A DNA stretch of 13,326 nucleotides from Sandaracinaceae bacterium (GTDB taxonomy: Bacteria; Myxococcota_A; Polyangia; Polyangiales; Sandaracinaceae): contig JBGAQA010000142.1 of the NCBI GenBank assembly GCA_044220955.1, forward strand, positions 1-13,326, read 5' to 3'. The notes beneath the pieces are model-generated. The model saw nothing but the letters and a program-made list of their open reading frames with translations, was not told where the DNA came from and did no database searches. The position numbers and the translations under genes were made by a program. Shown in pieces: positions 7,726 to 13,326 of this stretch (the first letter of the stretch is position 1; every line of letters begins with the position of its first letter).

Positions 7726-8605
7726 CTTCACCTCGTGGTGGGGGCGTGCTCGGTGTGGTTCCGGCGGGGACGAGCAGGGCATCGATGCCCGGCAAGAGCG
7801 CACGGGCGTCGGCGACGCCCGCGAAGAGGCGAGCGGACACGAGCGCGATGCCGGCCTGCGCGCCCATGAGATCCAAGAGCTCGTGGTCGACCGCCGCCCA
7901 GCGCTCCTTCTGCTCGAAGACCGACACGACCACGATCGCGCCGAGGATACGCTCGCGCACGCGCAGCGGGATCACGGCCAGCGGCGAGTGCAGCGACCCC
8001 GGCGGCTGGGGCGGCCCCTCGACCACCCGCGACCGGCCCGTGGCGATGGCGGTCCCGATCGGCCCCTCGCCGACGACGACCACGGTGCTCGCATCGAGGC
8101 CCTCCGCCACCAGGACGCTCGCGCGGTCCGGCTCGCGCAGGACGAAGATGGCGTAGCGCTCTGCTCCGAGCAGCTGCTGCAGGAGCTCCCGCATGTGGCG
8201 CACCACACCGCGGACGCTGAGCGTCGCGTGCAGGTGGCTGGAGGCGATGTAGAGGTTCGCCAGATCGTGCAGCTCCTGCTCGACCTCGCTCGTCCGTTCC
8301 TCGCTCCGGCGCGACACCTCGGTGAGCGTGCTGGTCTGCGAGAGCAGCTGGTGGCGCTCCGCCTCGAGGCCGTCGATGCGCCGGATGAGATCCTGGATGG
8401 CGTCGGCGGAGGCGAGCGCGGCGCGCAGGCGCGCGTTGTCCTCCTGGGTCCGGGCGAGCTGCTCCCGCAGGCCGCGGTTCTCGGCGAGCACGTCCTCCGT
8501 GAGCTCGAAGCCACGGCGCAGGAATTGGCGCACGAAGGCCTCGCGCTCCTCCTTGAGGTCGGCCGGAACATCGCTCGTGCGATGCGCGCGGTCGTCGTCC
8601 GCCAT
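7718..8605 (-). CDS. Coiled-coil plus GAF-domain protein (about 295 aa)
   Basis: N-terminal heptad-rich region (LAENRGLREQLARTQEDNARLR...EVEQELHDLANLY). GAF-like C-terminal part (VGEGPIGTAIATG...AVIPLRVRERILGAIVV...DHELLDLMGAQAGIAL). Start is ATG 8605 or in-frame GTG 8623. Confidence 0.85.
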   Translation of the reverse strand: MADDDRAHRTSDVPADLKEEREAFVRQFLRRGFELTEDVLAENRGLREQLARTQEDNARLRAALASADAIQDLIRRIDGLEAERHQLLSQTSTLTEVSRRSEERTSEVEQELHDLANLYIASSHLHATLSVRGVVRHMRELLQQLLGAERYAIFVLREPDRASVLVAEGLDASTVVVVGEGPIGTAIATGRSRVVEGPPQPPGSLHSPLAVIPLRVRERILGAIVVVSVFEQKERWAAVDHELLDLMGAQAGIALVSARLFAGVADARALLPGIDALLVPAGTTPSTPPPRGEDV

Positions 8606-8613
8606 GGGGCGTG

Positions 8614-8641
8614 ACGTTAACACGAAGTCCTCCCACTTCGT
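8614..8641 (-). promoter_or_regulatory. Inverted repeat plus extended -10-like element upstream of the GAF gene
   Basis: ACGAAGT-cctccc-ACTTCGT (8622-8641) is a perfect 7-bp inverted repeat whose minus-strand loop is GGGAGG. Minus-strand TGtTAACGT (8622-8614) ends 8 nt before ATG 8605. Confidence 0.4.
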
Positions 8642-8742
8642 CGCTCGGGTCACCACGAGCGCTGGGCGCTCACCGCGCGGAGCGGCGCGGGCTACCATGC
8701 GCGTGGAACGACGCCTTGCCCTCGCGCGTTGGTCCGACGTCG

Positions 8743-9492
8743 ATGCCCTCCGAGCGCCCCGTGCCCAAGGCCTCCGCCCCGAAGAAGAGCGCGCTGCGGC
8801 GCGGGCTCGACGCGCTCGTCACGCCCTACGATCCGCTCACGGGCCTCGTCCTGACGATCCCGGTGTTCCTCGTGTACCACCTCGGCATCCTCGTCTCCCG
8901 TGGCGGCAACGGCGTCGACCTCGTCACGCCCTTCGTCGCCGAGCTCCTGCACCGCAGCCTGCTCGGCTACGTCTGCCTGACCTTGACCGTGGCGCTCGTG
9001 CTCTTCGGCGTCGGTGCGCGCCTTCGCCGCGCGCACGAGATCGATCGGCGCGCGCTCGTCGCCGTCGTGAGCGAGAGCGCGATCTGGGCGGGCCTGATGA
9101 TGATCGTCGTGGGCGGCATCATCACGCGCCTGTTCCGCGCCCAGGTGGGCGGCCTCTCGCTCGGCCCGATCGACTGGATCGTGCTCTCGGCCGGCGCCGG
9201 GTTCCACGAGGAGCTGGTGTTCCGGGTGCTGCTCTTCGGCGGCGGCGCGTGGCTCGTGAGGCAGGCCACGGGCAGCCGCAGCGGCGCAGAGCTGATCGTC
9301 GCGCCCATCGCGGCGGCCATCTTCTCGGCGGCGCACTACGTGGGCCCGCTCGGCGACGCGTTCGCGCTCTCGTCGTTCACGGCGAGGTTCCTCATGGGGC
9401 TCTGGTTCACCCTCGTGTTCCGCCTCCGGGGCTTCGCCGTCGCGGTCTACACCCACGCCCTCTACGATCTCTTCGTGTTCTTCCTCCGGTGA
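8743..9492 (+). CDS. CPBP family (type II CAAX / Abi) intramembrane glutamic/metalloprotease (249 aa)
   Basis: Polytopic hydrophobic protein with the family motifs EExxxR (HEELVFR), FxxxH (FSAAHY) and HxxxD/N (HALYD). ATG 8743 is preferred over the track's 8611 start. Confidence 0.9.
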   Translation: MPSERPVPKASAPKKSALRRGLDALVTPYDPLTGLVLTIPVFLVYHLGILVSRGGNGVDLVTPFVAELLHRSLLGYVCLTLTVALVLFGVGARLRRAHEIDRRALVAVVSESAIWAGLMMIVVGGIITRLFRAQVGGLSLGPIDWIVLSAGAGFHEELVFRVLLFGGGAWLVRQATGSRSGAELIVAPIAAAIFSAAHYVGPLGDAFALSSFTARFLMGLWFTLVFRLRGFAVAVYTHALYDLFVFFLR

Positions 9493-9580
9493 CGCTCGCA
9501 AAGCCCCGCTCCCGACGGGTGACCTCGATCACGATCCGCCCTGGGCAGCTTCGCCACGCCGTGTAGTCTCGCGCCTCCGC

Positions 9581-10027
9581 ATGGAGATCTTCCTCGTCGT
9601 CGGGAGCGAGTCGGGCAACGCCGAGATGGTCGGCGACTGCGTGAAGGAGGCGCTCGAGAAGCGTGGCCACGTGGTCGAGACCTTCCGTGGCGGTTCGCTC
9701 GAGAGCGCGCGCCTGGCCGAGCGCGGCGTCGTCCTCGTCGTGTGCTCCTCGACCGGGATCGGCGATCTGCCGCAGAACATCGACCCCTTCTTCCACGAGC
9801 TGTCCGGTGCCCGGCCCGATCTCCGCCAGGTCCGCTACGGCCTCGTCGGGCTCGGGGACCGCAACTACAAGGAGAGCTTCCTCGGCGGTCCGAAGAAGTG
9901 GGACGCGCTCTTGACCGAGCTGGGCGCGCGGCGGGTCGGCGAGCGCCTCGAGCTCGACGCGACGGACAACCCTGCCCCCGACGAGGACGCGGTCGCCTGG
10001 GTGCTTCCCTGGGTCGAAGGCCTCTGA
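9581..10027 (+). CDS. Short-chain flavodoxin (MioC/YqcA-like)
   Basis: FMN phosphate loop GSESGNAE, SSTGIGDLPQN and GLGDRNYKESFLGG; 148 aa. Confidence 0.92.
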   Translation: MEIFLVVGSESGNAEMVGDCVKEALEKRGHVVETFRGGSLESARLAERGVVLVVCSSTGIGDLPQNIDPFFHELSGARPDLRQVRYGLVGLGDRNYKESFLGGPKKWDALLTELGARRVGERLELDATDNPAPDEDAVAWVLPWVEGL

Positions 10028-10115
10028 ACGGACGAATCGTGGTCCGGGTACGGGCGTTTCGACGCGACCTGGAATACTCTGCGCGCCGCCGCCCGTTCGC
10101 GCGGCAAGGGCCAGG

Positions 10116-10598
10116 ATGTCTCCCATCGCTCGACCGCTCGTGGTGCTGGTGCTCGCCGTCTCGCCGCTCGTCCCCGGCTGCGCGCAGACGCTGATTCCCA
10201 ACACCGACGTCCCCGACACCGCCGAGAACCGCGAGATCGTCGACTTCGTCGAGGAGTACCGGCACGCCGTCGAAGAGCGCAACCCCGCCGGCATCCTGCG
10301 CCTCGTGTCGGAGCGCTACTTCGACGACAACGGCACGCCCGGCGCGGACGACGACATCGACTACGAGGGGCTGCGCGATCGCTTCCAGCGCTGGGAGGGC
10401 GACGTGATCGACATCCGCTACGAGATGCGCTACCGCCGCATCACCTTCGAGCCGGACCGCGTCTTCGTGGACTTCACCTACACGGGCTCGTTCAAGGTCC
10501 GCGACGTGGACGGGGAGCGCTGGTCGCGGCGCCTGGCCGACAACCGGATCGAGATCGTCCGCGAGGACGACCACTTCCGCATCATCTCCGGCTTGTGA
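10116..10598 (+). CDS. Lipoprotein of unknown function, probable NTF2/SnoaL-like fold
   Basis: Signal peptide with lipobox-like VPGC. A helix (IVDFVEEYRHAVEERN..ILRLVSERY) is followed by alternating beta-strand patterns ending IVREDDHFRIISGL. The fold call is an inference. Confidence 0.75.
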   Translation: MSPIARPLVVLVLAVSPLVPGCAQTLIPNTDVPDTAENREIVDFVEEYRHAVEERNPAGILRLVSERYFDDNGTPGADDDIDYEGLRDRFQRWEGDVIDIRYEMRYRRITFEPDRVFVDFTYTGSFKVRDVDGERWSRRLADNRIEIVREDDHFRIISGL

Positions 10599-10613
10599 TC
10601 GCGTAACCAAGCA

Positions 10614-10643
10614 TGGACGTGCGCGGCAAGCGCACGATAGAAT
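10614..10643 (+). promoter_or_regulatory. Candidate sigma70-type promoter
   Basis: TGGACG (10614-10619), 18 nt spacer, TAGAAT (10638-10643), ending 16 nt upstream of ATG 10660. Confidence 0.45.
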
Positions 10644-10659
10644 CTCGGTTCCGTCGGCG

Positions 10660-12210
10660 ATGTCCGGACCCGAGGAAAAGAAACAGCTCGGGAAGATCCT
10701 CCTGAAGCAGAAGCTCGTGACTCCGAAGGAGCTCGAGGGCCTTCTGGACGAGCAGAAGAAGACGCCGGGCCAGCGGCTGGCTTCGACCGCCGCTCACTCC
10801 GGTCGCATCGGAGGCGTGGAGCTGCTGCGCGCGCTGAGCGAGCAGCACGGCGTCTCGGGGATCGACCTCGGGCAGGTCGTGGTCCCGCTCGCGAACCTGA
10901 AGCTCGTGCCAGCCGACGTCGCGCGCCAGTACCTGATCCTCCCCTTCTCGGTGAAGGACGACGAGATCCACCTGGCGATGGCCGATCCGCAGGACCAGCG
11001 CGTCGTACAGGAGATCGAGTTCGTGACGGGGCGCGCGGTGACGCCCTACGTCGCGCTGCACGAGGCGCTCGCGAAGGTGATCGACGAGGCGTACGCGCTC
11101 GCGGACAAGGGGGAGGCGTACTACGTGGGGCCGAGCGCTCCGGCCGAGTACCTCGCCTCGCTCGGCATCGACGCGCCCAAGCCGCCGGCCCGTCCTCCTC
11201 CTCCTCCTCCGCCCCCCAGGGCCAAGCCGCCCTCGCCGCCGGCGCGCTCCGAGGCCGCTCCGGCCGAGACGGACTTCAGCGATCTCTTCGACGAGGATCC
11301 CTCGTCCTCGGAGGCGACGCTCGGCCCGCTCGCGCAGGAGAAGCCGCCGGCCTCGAGCATCTCCGCGCTCGACGCCGCGTTCGACTCGCGCGTCGCGCCG
11401 CTGCCGCGCGACGAGTCCACGCAGAAGCGCGGTCGCACGGGACCACCCAAGATCCTCGTCGTCGACGACGAGGACGACATCCGCCGCATGCTCCGCCGCG
11501 TGCTCGTCGAGCGCGGCTACCAGGTCGTCGAGGCCGCGCGCGGGACCGAGGCGCTCCAGGCGGTCCGCGAGCACGCGCCCGATCTGATCCTGCTCGACGC
11601 GATGCTCCCCGAGATCCACGGGTTCGACATCTGCCGTCGCATCAAGGGCAGCCAGAAGTACGGTCACATCCCGATCATCATGGTGAGCGCCGTGTACCGG
11701 GGCTGGCGCTTCGCCGAGGATCTGCGCCAGTCGTTCGGCGTGCATGCGTTCCTCGAGAAGCCGTTCAAGATCACCGACGTGCTCAGCGCGATCGAGCGCG
11801 CGCTCGAGGGACACCCGTCCGAGCCGCCGCCCGAGGGCGACGAGACGATCTCCGAGCAGGCCGGGGAGGCGCTCACGAGCGGCATCGACGCCTACAAGCG
11901 AGGGGACGTCGACGACGCGATCGCGCACCTCTTGCGCGGCGTCGGGATCGACCCGCTCTCGTTCCGGCTGCACTACCACCTGGGCCTGCTCTACGGGCGG
12001 CGGGACCAGGTGTTCGAGGCGATCCACGAGCTCGAGACGGCCGTCGATCTCGCGCCGAAGAACTTCGCCGCGCTGAAGAACCTCGCGGTCCTCTATCAGC
12101 GGGCCGGCTTCAAGCACAAGGCGATCGAGATCTGGGAGCGGGCCCTCGGCAGCGCCCCGGACGACGACACGCGGCGCGGGATCAAAGAGCACCTGATGAG
12201 CTTGCTCTGA
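10660..12210 (+). CDS. Response regulator with N-terminal MshEN/GspE-N-like domain, Pro-rich linker, receiver domain and C-terminal TPR repeats
   Basis: QLGKILLKQKLVTPKELEGLLDEQ and VARQYLILPF...LAMADP (T2SSE_N-type). Receiver motifs ILVVDDE, LLDAMLP, MVSA and EKPF are intact. TPR-like helices LHYHLGLLY and ALKNLAVLYQRAG. Confidence 0.9.
   Translation: MSGPEEKKQLGKILLKQKLVTPKELEGLLDEQKKTPGQRLASTAAHSGRIGGVELLRALSEQHGVSGIDLGQVVVPLANLKLVPADVARQYLILPFSVKDDEIHLAMADPQDQRVVQEIEFVTGRAVTPYVALHEALAKVIDEAYALADKGEAYYVGPSAPAEYLASLGIDAPKPPARPPPPPPPPRAKPPSPPARSEAAPAETDFSDLFDEDPSSSEATLGPLAQEKPPASSISALDAAFDSRVAPLPRDESTQKRGRTGPPKILVVDDEDDIRRMLRRVLVERGYQVVEAARGTEALQAVREHAPDLILLDAMLPEIHGFDICRRIKGSQKYGHIPIIMVSAVYRGWRFAEDLRQSFGVHAFLEKPFKITDVLSAIERALEGHPSEPPPEGDETISEQAGEALTSGIDAYKRGDVDDAIAHLLRGVGIDPLSFRLHYHLGLLYGRRDQVFEAIHELETAVDLAPKNFAALKNLAVLYQRAGFKHKAIEIWERALGSAPDDDTRRGIKEHLMSLL
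11194..11208 (+). repeat. (CCT)5 trinucleotide run within an 8-proline tract
   Basis: cgt cct cct cct cct cct ccg ccc ccc agg reads RPPPPPPPPR. Confidence 0.8.
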
Positions 12211-12219
12211 GCCGGCGGC

Positions 12220-12239
12220 GCGGCCCAATGCCGGGCCGC
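12220..12239 (+). terminator. GC-rich hairpin after the REC-TPR gene (weak terminator or stabilising stem)
   Basis: GCGGCCC-aatgcc-GGGCCGC starts 9 nt after the stop. There is no clean U tract. Confidence 0.3.
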
Positions 12240-12279
12240 TCTACGGGTTCCGTCTTGTTGTAGTATCCGGGGCTCCCCG

Positions 12280-13326
12280 ATGAAGTTCCTCTGCAGCAAC
12301 TGCAAGGCGAAGTACCAGATCCCCGACGAGAAGATCGCCGGCAGGACGCTGAAGATGGACTGTCGGCGGTGCAACACGCCGATCACCATCCGCGGGGACC
12401 AGCCCGCGATCGACGAGGTCGAGGCCGAGCCCGAGCCGTCCGCCGGGCGGGACGAGCCGCGCGCGCGCGCCGGGGCTGCTGCCAGCCCGACGGCGAGCAA
12501 CCGTGGACGCCCGGGCGCCGGCAGCGTGGGCCGGCCCGCCGGCGCCGCGAGCGGTGGATCCAGCGTCGGAGCGCACCCCGCCGGTGGAGGCGCCGCGCGC
12601 GGGACCGCGCGCTCCGCGCTCGGAGCGGACTTCCGCCGCAACGTCGGCGCGGGGCTCGGCGCGGAGGCGCCGCGCGTCACGCCGCTCGACCAGTGGCACG
12701 TCGCCATCAACGACGTCCCCGTCGGGCCCATGAAGCGCGACGAGATCGCGCGCAAGATCGCCGCGGGCGCCGCCAACGCCGACTCGCTCGCCTGGCGCGA
12801 GGGATTCGACGACTGGCGCCCGATCCGCGAGATCCCCGAGCTCGCCGCGCTCCTGCGACGCGCGGCGGTCGAGAGCGAGCGTCCGCCCGCCGGCCGCCCG
12901 CTCGGGGCGGGGGCGCGCCCTGCCGCACCGCGCGCTCCCGCGCCCCGCGCGGCGCCGCTGCCCAGCCCGCGCCCCGCGCCCGCGGCGCGGCCTGCCGCGC
13001 GCAACAACGTCGTCCCGATCGGTGGCCGCCTCGGGGCCTCCGCGGCGCCCAGCTACGAGCCGGACGATGGTGACGAGGTCGCGAGCGAAGGCGAGACGAC
13101 CACCATCGCCAGCGCGGCCGATCTCGGCCTCGGCGACTTCGGCAAGCCCGAGCGCGACGACGGCGAGATCCCGTCGCCGACGGCGCGCGCGGCGCCGGCC
13201 CCGCGCGGCGCGCGCATTTCGCCCCCGGCGCCACGTCGATTAGCGGGTGGGAGCGGCCGTACGGCGGCTCGAACCGGGGTCCGCGGACCGTGCGGCCACA
13301 ATACCCGCATGCACCGCATCGCCCTC
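12280..13326 (+). CDS. Zinc-ribbon plus GYF_2 domain protein (GltJ/AgmX-like N-terminus), partial; not in the ORF track
   Basis: Translated by hand: MKFLCSNCKAKYQIPDEKIAGRTLKMDCRRCNTPITI (MJ0042-type CxxC...CxxC), a Gly/Ala linker, WHVAINDVPVGPMKRDEIARKI...LAWREGFDDWRPIREIPEL (GYF_2, about 12694-12843), then a Pro/Ala-rich region. No stop before the window end. TAGTAT -10-like box at 12261-12266. Confidence 0.88.
   Translation, partial: MKFLCSNCKAKYQIPDEKIAGRTLKMDCRRCNTPITIRGDQPAIDEVEAEPEPSAGRDEPRARAGAAASPTASNRGRPGAGSVGRPAGAASGGSSVGAHPAGGGAARGTARSALGADFRRNVGAGLGAEAPRVTPLDQWHVAINDVPVGPMKRDEIARKIAAGAANADSLAWREGFDDWRPIREIPELAALLRRAAVESERPPAGRPLGAGARPAAPRAPAPRAAPLPSPRPAPAARPAARNNVVPIGGRLGASAAPSYEPDDGDEVASEGETTTIASAADLGLGDFGKPERDDGEIPSPTARAAPAPRGARISPPAPRRLAGGSGRTAARTGVRGPCGHNTRMHRIAL

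Noticed and set aside
8743..9492. Abortive-infection phage defence gene
   Set aside because: 'Abi' is a historical label for the CPBP family, and nothing here suggests a defence island.
11194..11208. (CCT)5 as a phase-variation switch
   Set aside because: It is short and trinucleotide, so slippage would keep the frame and only change proline count.
64..13319. Many long alternative-frame and antisense ORFs (e.g. 64..1656, 95..1429, 1803..3359, 4969..7209, 10582..12228, 12096..13007)
   Set aside because: They are Arg/Ala/Pro-rich shadows of the real genes, expected from stop-codon scarcity at high GC, and carry no recognisable motifs.
12280..13326. Assigning the symbol gltJ/agmX
   Set aside because: Only the ZnR and GYF_2 domains are visible. 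Myxobacteria have several such paralogs, and no glt cluster genes flank this one.

Overview
Very GC-rich, gene-dense window that looks myxobacterial (inferred from MYXO-CTERM tails and ZnR-GYF and MshEN-REC-TPR proteins). In order it holds: a membrane sensor histidine kinase (-); a divergent operon of three paralogous chymotrypsin-family (S1) serine proteases, each with a lipoprotein signal, IVGG activation motif, intact His/Asp/Ser triad, long Cys-rich stalk and MYXO-CTERM-type tail; a convergent coiled-coil/GAF protein plus CheY-like receiver pair; a CPBP (CAAX/Abi) intramembrane protease; a flavodoxin; a small lipoprotein; an MshEN-like/receiver/TPR protein; and a zinc-ribbon/GYF_2 (GltJ/AgmX-like) protein. 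The last gene is missing from the ORF track because its frame runs off the window. I saw no RNA genes, mobile elements or CRISPR arrays. The best leads are the doubly anchored surface protease trio with diverged specificity pockets, a possible sigma54 promoter and a nearby candidate sortase, and a possible polyproline-GYF signalling pair. All domain calls come from reading motifs by eye, not from database searches.
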